Numbered from the stretch's first letter, positions 34,850 through 44,470 are shown. The stretch: DNA of 64,000 bases from Phycisphaerales bacterium (GCA_044229655.1 JBGASM010000002.1:160844-224843); one strand, 5' to 3'. Notes: a model not told the origin generated them from the sequence alone. A program made the numbers and translations.

Positions 34850-36541
34850 ATGATGCGTTCTTCAGTCAAAATGGTCGGATGTCTGCTGGCTGCCACGCTC
34901 ATACTGAGCGGCGGATGGGATCTTCCGCTGCAAGCCTCCACCGCCGCCGGCGGCAGCGCCAACGGCCCTGAGAATCCCGGCGCCTCCAGTGGGTCCCGCC
35001 GCACCGCCTCCCGCCTTATCGGGGCGCGCGGACGCCGCGCACTTGAAGATGGCATCTGGCGCCGCGCATTTCCCCGGCCCGATGAACGATTCGATGTGGT
35101 AGTCACACCCGTCGACCAGGGATTTTCCGCCGAGATTACCGGCCACGGCACGCTTCTCAATGCCTCCACACTCCCGTTTTATGTCGATGGCGGATGCGCC
35201 GTCTCGATGGATGTCCAGCCCGCGCCCCACGGCTTTGACCTGGTGTATCGCGTTTCCAACCCGACCGGGCAGCCTCAGGCGCTTCCCACATTGCAGATTC
35301 CCAGCCTGAACTTGGAGGGCAAGATCGACTTCCTCCATCATGCGACCGAATGCGAGTGGAAGACCTTGGACGCTTCCGCAGGTCAGGCCGTCTGGTCTCC
35401 CACCGAGGAGTATCCCCGCCAGCTCTATGCCCCCGCGGTCATCGCCCGAGATACCCAAAAGGCCATCGGCCTCTCCCTCGAATATGACATGATGGGATGG
35501 GAGCACTCGATCCGCACCTACATCGGCCGTGCCCGCACCGGTACGACCTACGGCAACGGCTGGAACGCGAAGTTCTTCCTCGATGGCCAGTTGCCCGCCG
35601 GCGGCGCGCGCAAATACGTCGTCAACGTCCGCGTCGAGCAGCCCGGCGAATGGATCCACACCCTGTCGCCCTACCGCGAGTTCCTGCTCCGCCGCTACGG
35701 CAAAGTGAAGTACGTTCAGAATCTCGACCCCGTCTTCGGCGTCCAGATCGGCGACTCAGGGCGACTTGGCAGCGAGAACGCACGCGGTTTCAACGGCTAC
35801 CGCGCTGATCAGAACGGTTGGCAGCGCGATGTCACGGAAATCCTGAACTTCGCCCCCACCGCAGGCTATCGCCGCGTCATGGTGTGGACTCCCTCCGGCG
35901 TCTACAAGACCAACACCCAGAACAACTTCCCGCCCAACTTCATGAGTGAGTGGTCCAGCGCCATGGAACGCTCCGGTCTCGAGTGGCAGCGCATCGGCGC
36001 TGGCGGCCTCGACCTGATGTTCTGGTGGGGCCGCGCAGGCCAGGTCGCCGACCGTTGGGATGACCCGGTGCTCGACAAGTTTGATCCCGACAATCAGGCC
36101 CAGCGCGACGAAATGTTGACGGAGTGGTCCCTCGCGCGGCAGCGCGGCGTCAAGGGCGTTGGCCTCGACGCGATTACGCAGATGGACGGCTGGGACATTC
36201 CGAAGTGGATCGACCAGTTGCGCGAGACGGTGCCCGGAGCGACCGTTGTCGCTGAACCCGGTTGCTTTGACGTCCTCAACCTGAAAGTCCCTGTCGTCAT
36301 GTATGCCGACAACTTCGACTCAGGCCCAATGTACCTGGCCGACTACCTCGTGCCCGGCCGGGAAATCTGGGTCCTGCTCCGCGGTGCTGATGAAACTCAG
36401 GCCAGCGCTGAGGAGTTCATTCGCCAGGGCTTGACCGTAATCATGCGCGGGAGGCAGTTCACCGCCAACGACCTCCAGCCTGTCATCGACCAGGTGCGCG
36501 AGGATTCCCGCCGCGTGCAAGCCGACGACGACGCTGAATGA
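34850..36541 (+). CDS. hypothetical secreted protein
   Basis: The ATG at 34850 is preceded by GAGGGGGA. Signal peptide MMRSSVKMVGCLLAATLILSGG. The composition and codon bias look like a real gene, but I recognise no family. Confidence 0.6.
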   Translation: MMRSSVKMVGCLLAATLILSGGWDLPLQASTAAGGSANGPENPGASSGSRRTASRLIGARGRRALEDGIWRRAFPRPDERFDVVVTPVDQGFSAEITGHGTLLNASTLPFYVDGGCAVSMDVQPAPHGFDLVYRVSNPTGQPQALPTLQIPSLNLEGKIDFLHHATECEWKTLDASAGQAVWSPTEEYPRQLYAPAVIARDTQKAIGLSLEYDMMGWEHSIRTYIGRARTGTTYGNGWNAKFFLDGQLPAGGARKYVVNVRVEQPGEWIHTLSPYREFLLRRYGKVKYVQNLDPVFGVQIGDSGRLGSENARGFNGYRADQNGWQRDVTEILNFAPTAGYRRVMVWTPSGVYKTNTQNNFPPNFMSEWSSAMERSGLEWQRIGAGGLDLMFWWGRAGQVADRWDDPVLDKFDPDNQAQRDEMLTEWSLARQRGVKGVGLDAITQMDGWDIPKWIDQLRETVPGATVVAEPGCFDVLNLKVPVVMYADNFDSGPMYLADYLVPGREIWVLLRGADETQASAEEFIRQGLTVIMRGRQFTANDLQPVIDQVREDSRRVQADDDAE

Positions 36542-36660
36542 ATGCCAATCCACAACTTGCGCGCACGCCCACAGGGAATTGCAACCGCGAGTCCCTTTTT
36601 CATTCCACTTCGCTTTGGCTCATGAGCGCCCACCGACCCGCCCCGCTCCAGCCCCCCGCC

Positions 36661-36915
36661 TCAGTCCGGCTTCGTGTTCCGCGACTGCAGGTCATACCAC
36701 CCCTGCATCGGGTCATACACGAATTTCAACTGCCGCTTCCGGAACTGTTCGTACCACTCTTCCCAATCCATGAGCTCCAGTTGCTCCGGCGGCAGCCAGT
36801 CCGCACCCCCGATGGCAATGCGGGACTTGTCCCCCGGTTTGTGGCCGGGCCAGAACCCGTTCGCCTCGCACCACTGCCGGATGATGTGAAAACTGGTCGT
36901 TTCGTAGTTCGTCAT
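36661..36915 (-). CDS. hypothetical small Trp-rich protein (84 aa)
   Basis: An isolated ORF with host-like codon usage and six Trp residues in 84 aa. I recognise no family. Confidence 0.4.
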   Translation of the reverse strand: MTNYETTSFHIIRQWCEANGFWPGHKPGDKSRIAIGGADWLPPEQLELMDWEEWYEQFRKRQLKFVYDPMQGWYDLQSRNTKPD

Positions 36916-36985
36916 GGCCGCGAAATGATACGCCCCACCGGCATTTCAGCGGTGCTTTCCTGCCCTCGCGCTACGATGCGGCACC

Positions 36986-38446
36986 ATGAGCACGGCCGCC
37001 GCCACCCACCCGCAAAAGAGTCAGGGATCGACCATGACCAGTGCCCCAAAGCCCGCTTCCGCCGCCCAGCCCGTTGGGCTCCAATTGCCCTTCCACGACA
37101 TTCAGGAGATGATCGGCAACACGCCGATGCTCGAGTTTCGGCGCCTGGATACGGGCCCGTGTCAGCTCTTCGGCAAAATGGAGCTTGCCAACCCCGGCGG
37201 CTCCATCAAGGACCGCATTGGGCTCTCGATGATCTCCGCCGCCGAGCGTGACGGCACGCTCAAACCCGGCGGAACCATTGTTGAAGCCACTGCAGGCAAC
37301 ACCGGCCTCGGCCTTGCCCTCGTCGGCCTCATGCGTGGCTATCAGGTCATCGTCGTCGTCCCCGACAAGATGAGCCAGATCAAAATCGATCACCTCCGCG
37401 CCATGGGCGCCACGGTCATGCTCACCCGCTCCGATGTGGCCAAGGGCCACCCCGAGTACTACCAGGAGGTCGCTGAGCGCATCTCCGCCCAGAAGGGCGC
37501 GTTCTACGCCAATCAGTTCGGAAACCCCAACAACTTCAAAGCCCACTACGAAACCACCGGGCCCGAAATCTGGGAGCAGATGGAAGGCCGCATCGACGCC
37601 TTTGTTGCCGGCGTCGGCTCAGGAGGCACGCTCACCGGCACCGGTCGCTATCTTCGCGAGAAAAACCCCAATATCGACATCATCTGTGGCGATCCGCAGG
37701 GCTCCATCATTGCCGATCTTGCCAACTGCGGCGTCATGATCGAGCCCGGCTCATGGATGGTGGAGGGGCTGGGCGAGGACTTTGTTCCCCCCATTCTCGA
37801 CATGAAACTCATCTCCAAGGCCTACACCATTTCCGACACCGAGTCCTTCCACGCGGCACGCCTCCTGCTCCAGAAAGAAGGCGTGCTTGCCGGCTCCTCC
37901 ACGGGCGTGCTTCTGGCCGCCGCCCTCAGGTACTGCCGCGAGCAGAAGCGCCCGCGCCGCGTGGTCACGTTTGTTTGCGACACCGGCAACAAGTACCTCA
38001 ACAAGTTCTTCAACGACTTCTGGATGGTGGAGAACGGCTTCCTCACCCGCACCGAGTTTGGCGATTTGCGCGATCTCATCTCGCGCCGCCACTCGGAACA
38101 CGAGGACTACACCGTTAGCCCCGAGGACTCGCTGGCCAACGCCTTCGGCCGGATGAAATTGTTTGCCATCAGCCAGGTGCCGGTCACGGAAAACGGCTCC
38201 ATTGTGGGCATCATCGACGAATCCGATCTCCTGCTGGCCGTCCGCGCCAGCCCCCAGGCCTTCAAGGATCCCGTTCGCCTCCATATGGCGACCAAACTCG
38301 AAACGCTGCCCCCAACCGCGCGAATCGACGACCTCGTCCCCGTCTTCCGCGCCGGCAAGGTCGCTCTCATCAAGGATGACCGAAACTATTACGGTCTCAT
38401 CACCCAGTCTGACCTCCTCACCTACCTCCGCCGGAGAACCGTATGA
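36986..38446 (+). CDS. cystathionine beta-synthase (PLP-dependent CysK-fold domain plus C-terminal CBS pair)
   Basis: IGNTPMLEF, ELANPGGSIKDRIGLSMI and VEATAGNTGLGLALV. The C-terminal roughly 130 aa contain two CBS-like motifs (ISQVPVTENGSIVGIIDESDLL and VALIKDDRNYYGLITQSDLL). Confidence 0.85.
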   Translation: MSTAAATHPQKSQGSTMTSAPKPASAAQPVGLQLPFHDIQEMIGNTPMLEFRRLDTGPCQLFGKMELANPGGSIKDRIGLSMISAAERDGTLKPGGTIVEATAGNTGLGLALVGLMRGYQVIVVVPDKMSQIKIDHLRAMGATVMLTRSDVAKGHPEYYQEVAERISAQKGAFYANQFGNPNNFKAHYETTGPEIWEQMEGRIDAFVAGVGSGGTLTGTGRYLREKNPNIDIICGDPQGSIIADLANCGVMIEPGSWMVEGLGEDFVPPILDMKLISKAYTISDTESFHAARLLLQKEGVLAGSSTGVLLAAALRYCREQKRPRRVVTFVCDTGNKYLNKFFNDFWMVENGFLTRTEFGDLRDLISRRHSEHEDYTVSPEDSLANAFGRMKLFAISQVPVTENGSIVGIIDESDLLLAVRASPQAFKDPVRLHMATKLETLPPTARIDDLVPVFRAGKVALIKDDRNYYGLITQSDLLTYLRRRTV

Positions 38447-39678
38447 GCGGCGATCGTCCCTATTTCGACTCCACCAGCGGCAGCCGTCACATGATGAAGT
38501 CCGGCCGACTCGAGACATTGGCCATTCACGGTGGTCAGGCTCCCGAACCCACCACCGGCGCGATTATGCCCCCCATTAGTCAAGCCAGCACCTACGTGCA
38601 GGAGAGTCCCGGCGTTCACGCAGGGTTCGAGTACTCACGCACTCAGAATCCCACACGCTGGGCTCTGGAGCGTTGTGTCGGCGCCCTCGAGGGCTCAGGC
38701 CTTCACGATGACCCCACCCTGGGAGCCTTCGCCTTTGCTTCCGGAATGGCCTCCATCGCCGTCGCGCTTGAATTACTTGACAGCGGCGCGCACATGATCG
38801 CCTCCGACGACTTGTATGGCGGAACCGGCAGGCTGATGACCAAGGTTCGCGAGCGCAGCCAGGGCCTTCGCCCCACCTACGTCGACATGCGCGACGTCGC
38901 CAACATCGAGCGCGCAATCACGCCCCAGACTCGCATGATCTGGGTGGAAACTCCCACCAATCCTCTCCTCAAGATCGTCGATCTCGAGGCCGTGGCTCGC
39001 CTTGGCAAGCAGCACGGCATCATCACAGTCTGCGACAACACCTTTGCTTCGCCCATCCTCCAGCGCCCCCTGACGCTCGGCATTGACGTCGTCATGCACT
39101 CAGCCACCAAGTACCTCGGCGGCCACAGTGATGCGGTCGCAGGACTTCTGGTAACCAGTCGCGCCGACCTGTCCGAAAAACTGCGCTTCCTCCAGAATTC
39201 CATCGGCGCGATTCTGGGCCCGCTCGACAGTTACTTGATCCTTCGCGGCTGCAAAACCCTGGCCCTCCGCATGGAACGGCACTGCGCCAACGCGCTTGCC
39301 TTGGCCGCATGGCTCGAAAAGCACCCGAAGGTGGCGCGCGTCGTGTATCCGGGCTTGCCCTCCCATCCCCAATACGCATTGGCGCGCCGACAGATGGCTG
39401 TGAACGGACAGCCCGCAGGTGGCGGCATGATCACCGTCTATCTCAAGGGCGGTCTGGCCGACGCTCGCCGCTTCCTCGAGCGCGTCCACATCTTCGCACT
39501 GGCGGAGTCCTTGGGCGGCGTTGAATCATTGATTGAGCACCCGGCCATCATGACTCATGCCTCCGTCGCCCCCGATGTGCGCGCGAAACTCGGCATCGAT
39601 GACACCATGTGCCGCCTCTCAGTTGGTGTAGAGCACGTCGACGATCTGATGGCCGATCTGGATGAAGCCCTGCGCTGA
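38443..39678 (+). CDS. cystathionine gamma-lyase/gamma-synthase family PLP enzyme
   Basis: TLAIHGG, YSRTQNPT, DDLYGGT, HSATKYLGGHSD (PLP lysine motif), LAESLGGVESLI and RLSVGVE. The ATG overlaps the CBS stop (ATGA). Confidence 0.85.
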   Translation: MSGDRPYFDSTSGSRHMMKSGRLETLAIHGGQAPEPTTGAIMPPISQASTYVQESPGVHAGFEYSRTQNPTRWALERCVGALEGSGLHDDPTLGAFAFASGMASIAVALELLDSGAHMIASDDLYGGTGRLMTKVRERSQGLRPTYVDMRDVANIERAITPQTRMIWVETPTNPLLKIVDLEAVARLGKQHGIITVCDNTFASPILQRPLTLGIDVVMHSATKYLGGHSDAVAGLLVTSRADLSEKLRFLQNSIGAILGPLDSYLILRGCKTLALRMERHCANALALAAWLEKHPKVARVVYPGLPSHPQYALARRQMAVNGQPAGGGMITVYLKGGLADARRFLERVHIFALAESLGGVESLIEHPAIMTHASVAPDVRAKLGIDDTMCRLSVGVEHVDDLMADLDEALR

Positions 39679-39685
39679 TCCCGCT

Positions 39686-40339
39686 CTACGCCATCTCGGC
39701 GAACACCGTCACCGCGCCCGCCACGCGCTCGCCCACCTGCACTCGCACCGTCACAGCCTCCGGCCTCGGCAGAATCAACTCCGTCGTGGAGCCGAACTTG
39801 ATCATCCCGATGCGCTGTCCGCGCGTGATCTGCTGCCCGTCGGTCAGCGGATCGACGATTCGCCGCGCAATCGCCCCGGAGACCTGGCGCACGCCGATCG
39901 GTGTCCCGTCGGGGCGCTTCAAAATGATCAGGTTCGACTCGTTGACCTTCGCACTCTCAGGCCGGCGCGCATCCAGGTACTTCCCAGGCCGGTGGATCCT
40001 TCGCACGACCGTCGCATCGCATGGCGCTCGGTTGATGTGCACATCCAGCACGGACAGAAAAATTCTGATGACAACCGCGGGACCGTCAACGGCTTCATGA
40101 TGCTCGATCCGCTCAACCGCCGTGATCACACCGTCGGCCGGGCTGACGAAAGCAGTGGGGGGGAGATCCCCGGGGACGCGCCGTGGCGGGTCGCGAAAGA
40201 ACGCGGCGATGGCCAGCCATACAAGCCACACGGGCGCAAGCGCCCACGTCCAACCCAGCCAGATCGCCAATGCGGATGCGGCCAGCGCAGCCATCAGCGC
40301 GCTGCCCCATTCACGCAGCCCATGAAGCGAGAGCGGCAT
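39686..40339 (-). CDS. psd: phosphatidylserine decarboxylase proenzyme (short Asd-type)
   Basis: SPADGVITAV, IFLSVLDVHINRAPCDATV, NESN, GAIARRIV and IGMIKFGSTTELILP. The last contains the G-S-T self-cleavage site context. Confidence 0.85.
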   Translation of the reverse strand: MPLSLHGLREWGSALMAALAASALAIWLGWTWALAPVWLVWLAIAAFFRDPPRRVPGDLPPTAFVSPADGVITAVERIEHHEAVDGPAVVIRIFLSVLDVHINRAPCDATVVRRIHRPGKYLDARRPESAKVNESNLIILKRPDGTPIGVRQVSGAIARRIVDPLTDGQQITRGQRIGMIKFGSTTELILPRPEAVTVRVQVGERVAGAVTVFAEMA

Positions 40340-40348
40340 TGAAAGTCG

Positions 40349-41245
40349 TTAGCCCGTCGTCCGGCCGATGAAGTAACCAATGATGCCGCTGATGAGCGTG
40401 ACGCCCGCCAGCCCGCCCATGTAGATCGGGTAGTTCCCGGCAATCAGGGTGGTCAGGCTCGTCGAGCCGCCCGCATAAAGGCCCGCCAGCGAGAACATCG
40501 CGATCACCAGCGCGGCGATGGCTCCCAGCGCCAGCCCCACGCCCAGTCCGCTCCATCCGCCGTCGTAGGCGTACGCCATGGCCGGAACCATCATCGGCGT
40601 GGCCGATGTCTCCACCGCCCCGCCATCCTGCGCCTCGGCCGCACCCGACTCGAAGAGACCGGACGCTCCTGAACCAGTCCCCTCTTTCTCCTCGCTGCTG
40701 TAGGACTCTTCCAGCAGCCCGGCCTGACCCATCGAGGTGTCGTCCGAGTCGCGCGTCATGTCCAGACCCGAAGCGCTCAGCGCCCCCGGCCCTGCGTCCT
40801 GTCCGAACTCCTGCGGTGCGCCGCCGATCGTGTCGGAAATCTGCGTGACTGCGGATGGATCCGCCTTGTCCATGTCCTTGTCGGAAAAAACATTCCCACC
40901 AGACCCCGCCAGCCCGATCCCGGATGACTCCCGCGAATCCGAGAGCCCGATGCCCGAGCCTTCCCGCGAGTCCGTCAGGCCGAGCACCGATTCTTCTTTG
41001 TCAATCGCTTGCTGCTCGCTCGAATCCGCAAGGTCAATCAGCCCCATGTCCTCACCGCTGTCTTCGCTCCCGCCGCCTGCCAGCAGGTCGATCTGCTCCA
41101 CTTTGAACATGATCTTCTCGCGGTCGCGAAATTCCTGCAGTTGGCCGGACTTGCCCATCGCAGCGACTTCATCCGTCGATTTGCCCAGGCGTGCGGCGGC
41201 TTCTTCCAGCGTGTAGAACATCTTGGCCATGTCGGCGGTCTCCAA
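40349..41245 (-). CDS. hypothetical protein: N-terminal excisionase/MerR-like HTH, acidic Ser/Gly/Asp-rich linker, C-terminal TM segments
   Basis: MFYTLEEAAARLGKSTDEVAAMGKSGQLQEF resembles HTH_17-type helix-turn-helix domains. The C-terminal roughly 90 aa are strongly hydrophobic and Gly-rich (GLGVGLALGAIAALVIAMFSLAGL..., IYMGGLAGVTLISGIIGYFIG). Confidence 0.55.
   Translation of the reverse strand: METADMAKMFYTLEEAAARLGKSTDEVAAMGKSGQLQEFRDREKIMFKVEQIDLLAGGGSEDSGEDMGLIDLADSSEQQAIDKEESVLGLTDSREGSGIGLSDSRESSGIGLAGSGGNVFSDKDMDKADPSAVTQISDTIGGAPQEFGQDAGPGALSASGLDMTRDSDDTSMGQAGLLEESYSSEEKEGTGSGASGLFESGAAEAQDGGAVETSATPMMVPAMAYAYDGGWSGLGVGLALGAIAALVIAMFSLAGLYAGGSTSLTTLIAGNYPIYMGGLAGVTLISGIIGYFIGRTTG
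40911..40976. repeat. 2 x 33-nt imperfect in-frame tandem repeat inside the HTH/TM gene
   Basis: Units at 40911-40943 and 40944-40976 match at 24 of 33 positions by my hand alignment. They encode [TS]DSRE[GS]SGIGL twice. Confidence 0.5.
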
Positions 41246-41290
41246 GGCAGGAACGTAAGGGTGACGGGCGGGGCGATCGCGCGCCGATGT

Positions 41291-42280
41291 ATGACCCGTC
41301 GAGTGTCGTTCCAGCGCAGGTGTGCGCCGGAATCAATCACCGCGGAACACCCGGGCGGTGTTCCTCTGTTTGAAGGTTACGATCCTCAGGGCAGGGCGGC
41401 AAGGCAGCCTCGCATCCCCATCAACCGACCACCCGTGCAACCCTCCCTCACCCCAACACTCTCGCTCTCGCCGCCTCGGCCTCTTGAGCCCGCCGCTGAG
41501 CTGATTGATCTTTCTCTCCCCGGCCTTCCTCCCAGTCTTCTGGGCAAACGCGTCCTCCATCTCTCCGACCTCCACGTCCGTCGCTATCGCCCCTGGTTTC
41601 GCCACCTCTGCGCCATGGTCGCACGCATGCGTCCTGATCTCTGTTTCCTCACCGGCGACTACATGACCCTCCCCGGCGATGAGGCCCCCGCACTCGCAGT
41701 TCTCCGCGATCTCGCCGCTGCCATTTCCGCCCCCCTGGGCACCTATGCCTGTTTCGGCAACCACGACACCGAGGCCTTCAAGCGTCTCGCCCGCTCCATC
41801 ACCTCCATCCGCTGGCTCGAGCATGACGCCGAGTACCGCCCCGATCTCAACGTCACCTTTCTGGGGACGTCCACGCCCGGCGACGTCCTCGCCTGCCTCC
41901 GCCGCGCCGGCGAAGTCGAGCCCTCGCCTTCCCTCCACTCCGCCCACCCGCCGTACCGCATCCTGCTCGGTCACGAACCCACCATCCTCATGGTTGCCGC
42001 CGACCTTGGCATTGAGTGGTTTCTCGGCGGCCACACCCACGGCGGACAGGTCCGCCTCTGGTTCCGCTACGCGCCTCACAACAGTTCCGGCATTCCCGGT
42101 TCCCTCTCCAGCGGGATTCTCCGCTGTCGCAACTCCATCTGCACATTGAGTCGCGGGTTGGGCGAGAGTTACTTCGACGTGCGCCTTATGTGCCCCGTCC
42201 AGATCCCGATGTACCGCCTCTCCAAAGGACCCCTGCCCGGTTCATTTACTCCCCTCATGCGCGCCGTTCGATGGTGGTGA
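41291..42280 (+). CDS. metallophosphoesterase (calcineurin-like phosphoesterase)
   Basis: VLHLSDLHV, FLTGDYM, CFGNHD, LLGHEP and GGHTHGGQV are the canonical metallophosphoesterase motifs. The start was moved to the first ATG after the divergent upstream gene, at 41291. Confidence 0.8.
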   Translation: MTRRVSFQRRCAPESITAEHPGGVPLFEGYDPQGRAARQPRIPINRPPVQPSLTPTLSLSPPRPLEPAAELIDLSLPGLPPSLLGKRVLHLSDLHVRRYRPWFRHLCAMVARMRPDLCFLTGDYMTLPGDEAPALAVLRDLAAAISAPLGTYACFGNHDTEAFKRLARSITSIRWLEHDAEYRPDLNVTFLGTSTPGDVLACLRRAGEVEPSPSLHSAHPPYRILLGHEPTILMVAADLGIEWFLGGHTHGGQVRLWFRYAPHNSSGIPGSLSSGILRCRNSICTLSRGLGESYFDVRLMCPVQIPMYRLSKGPLPGSFTPLMRAVRWW

Positions 42281-42322
42281 CCGTCGCTCTCGCGCCCTTC
42301 TGCCCATTCCCTACCATCGCGC

Positions 42323-42970
42323 GTGGCTCACTCCCCTCAGCCGCCCGGTTCGCCCGACATGCCCTCCGCCGCTCAGCGTCTGCGCGATGCTCGCCAGCGC
42401 GCTCTGCCGCATTGGCGTGAAGTCCTGCCCGTTGCCCCACCTGCCGAATCCGACGACTCGCTTGATTCGCCGAGCCCGTCCGACTTTCAGGACGTGTCTC
42501 CCTCCCCTCCCCTTTGCCCGGGATGCGGATACAACCTCAGCGGCACCCTTGAAGACCCTTCCCGAATCTGTCCCGAGTGCGGGCGCGCCTGGACCGTCGA
42601 TGAACTCGCCCGCCAGCGCATCGCCCGTCACGCAATTCGGAAGTCTCCGCTCGAATGGCTTGTCTGGGCTCTAGCCCCCGGAGTTGTCTTCCCTTTGCTG
42701 GCCGTCATCGACTTCGTCCTCGCCGGTACCTCCACCATCCCCGGTGTCGCAGTCACCATCCTGTGGACCTCTCTGCTCCTCGTCCTGCTCGGGCGCTGGG
42801 TCATCACATGGTGGCGCGACCTCGATCAGATTCTCCTGATGAACCGTTGGAGCGATTCGAAACGCAAATTGGGCCGAGTCGCCGGCGCCGCCCTCCTGCT
42901 GCTTGTCAATTTTGTCGAAGCCCTTTTGCTTATCGTCGTGGCCAGTCAGGTCCTCATCAGAATCTGGTGA
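42323..42970 (+). CDS. hypothetical membrane protein with an N-terminal zinc ribbon
   Basis: CPGCGYNLSG...ICPECG is followed by 3-4 hydrophobic segments. I recognise no family. Confidence 0.5.
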   Translation: MAHSPQPPGSPDMPSAAQRLRDARQRALPHWREVLPVAPPAESDDSLDSPSPSDFQDVSPSPPLCPGCGYNLSGTLEDPSRICPECGRAWTVDELARQRIARHAIRKSPLEWLVWALAPGVVFPLLAVIDFVLAGTSTIPGVAVTILWTSLLLVLLGRWVITWWRDLDQILLMNRWSDSKRKLGRVAGAALLLLVNFVEALLLIVVASQVLIRIW

Positions 42971-42997
42971 CCGATACCCCCTCTGGAGTCCGCTGCA

Positions 42998-44122
42998 ATG
43001 CCCTCATCCGACCTCCGCGTGAAGGACGTGACCAATGCCCTCGAGGAGTTCGCGCCCCTCTGGGGAGCCGAATCCTGGGACAACGTTGGCCTTCTTCTTG
43101 GCAGTGCTGAGCGCACCGTCTCATCCACCCTGCTCACCATCGACCTCACGCCTGAGGTCGCCGCTGAAGCCGTCAGCGCAGGTTCTCAACTCATCATCGC
43201 CTACCACCCCATCATGTTCCAGGCGGTGAAGCGCATCACGACCGATACGCCGGGCGGCCGCATCGTCCTCACGCTCGCTCGGAATGAAGTCGCGGTCTAC
43301 GCCCCTCACACCGCACTCGATGCGGCTGGCGGCGGAATGACCGATTGGCTCGCCGATTCCGTCGGCGCAGGATATCGCCGCCCCATTCTCTCCCAGACTC
43401 GACTCCCTGATACCGGCGACCTCAAGATCGTCACCTTCGTGCCGGTTGACGCGGCCGACCGTGTCCGCGATGCGCTCGCCACCGCCGGTGCGGGCCTCAT
43501 CGGCTCCTATGAACTGTGTTCCTTCATGTCCCCCGGGACCGGCACCTTTCGCGGCAAGGAAGGCTCCAAACCTGCCGTCGGCCAGCCCGGCAGACTCGAG
43601 CGTACTCCGGAGATTCGGCTTGAAATGGTCTGTGGAAAATCCGCGTTGCACCTGGCCATGCAGACTCTGCGCCAGTTTCACCCCTATGAGCAGCCCGCGA
43701 TCGATGTCTTCCCCCTGCAGCCCCTTCCGCAGGACAGCATTGGGCAGGGTCGCAAAGTTGTGCTCGATCAGCCCACCACCGCAGGCGATCTCGCGCGCCG
43801 GGTGAAGGAATACCTCGGCATTGAGGCCGTCAAGTTCACCGACCCCGCCCGCCCGGTCCGCTGTGTCGGCGTCGTCTGCGGGTCGGGGGCCTCAATGCTC
43901 GACTCCGCATTGGCCCAGGGATGTGATGCGTTCCTCACCGGGGAAATGACCCATCATGAGGCCCTCGCGGCGGAAATGCGCGGCTGCTCGGTCATTCTGA
44001 CCGGACACACCAACAGCGAGCGTGGCTATCTGCCCAGGCTTCGAGAGCGGCTCTCCGCCCGCCTTCCGCAAGTCCGCTTCAGCGTGAGTGAGCGTGACCG
44101 AACGCGCTTCAACGTTCGCTAG
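42998..44122 (+). CDS. Nif3-like dinuclear metal center protein (GTP cyclohydrolase 1 type 2 homolog)
   Basis: APLWGAESWDNVGLLLG, LIIAYHPIMFQAVKRIT, YAPHTALD and the C-terminal FLTGEM.HHE..A match NIF3 family motifs, including the PII-like insert. Confidence 0.85.
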   Translation: MPSSDLRVKDVTNALEEFAPLWGAESWDNVGLLLGSAERTVSSTLLTIDLTPEVAAEAVSAGSQLIIAYHPIMFQAVKRITTDTPGGRIVLTLARNEVAVYAPHTALDAAGGGMTDWLADSVGAGYRRPILSQTRLPDTGDLKIVTFVPVDAADRVRDALATAGAGLIGSYELCSFMSPGTGTFRGKEGSKPAVGQPGRLERTPEIRLEMVCGKSALHLAMQTLRQFHPYEQPAIDVFPLQPLPQDSIGQGRKVVLDQPTTAGDLARRVKEYLGIEAVKFTDPARPVRCVGVVCGSGASMLDSALAQGCDAFLTGEMTHHEALAAEMRGCSVILTGHTNSERGYLPRLRERLSARLPQVRFSVSERDRTRFNVR

Positions 44123-44134
44123 CCCTCGCGAACG

Positions 44135-44470
44135 TCAACTCGCCGCGCTCTCGTCGAGCATTCCGCGCTTGCTCTCGATCGCCTTGTACTTGTCCGCCTC
44201 GGGCATCGCGCTCTTCTTCGCGTCAATCACCGGCCAGCCTGCCGCCAGCCGCGCGTTGATGTCTTTGTACTCTGCCCATTTCTCAGGCAGGTCTTCCTCG
44301 GGGAAGATCGCCTGCGTCGGGCACTCCGGCACACACAGCCCGCAATCAATGCAGGTGTCCGGGTCGATGATGAGGAAGTTCACGCCTTCCTTGAAGCAGT
44401 CCACCGGACAGACTTCGACGCAATCCGTGTACTTGCAGTTGATGCAGGGTTCCGCGACGATGTGTGCCAT
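44135..44470 (-). CDS. fdxA: 7Fe-type ferredoxin (FdxA-like)
   Basis: [55 protein letters not shown]. Start moved to the ATG at 44470. Confidence 0.9.
   Translation of the reverse strand: MAHIVAEPCINCKYTDCVEVCPVDCFKEGVNFLIIDPDTCIDCGLCVPECPTQAIFPEEDLPEKWAEYKDINARLAAGWPVIDAKKSAMPEADKYKAIESKRGMLDESAAS

Noticed and set aside
39662-40342. 226-aa plus-strand ORF opposite psd
   Set aside because: The minus-strand product has the phosphatidylserine decarboxylase FGST cleavage-site context and family motifs. The plus-strand product is Arg/His/Pro-rich.
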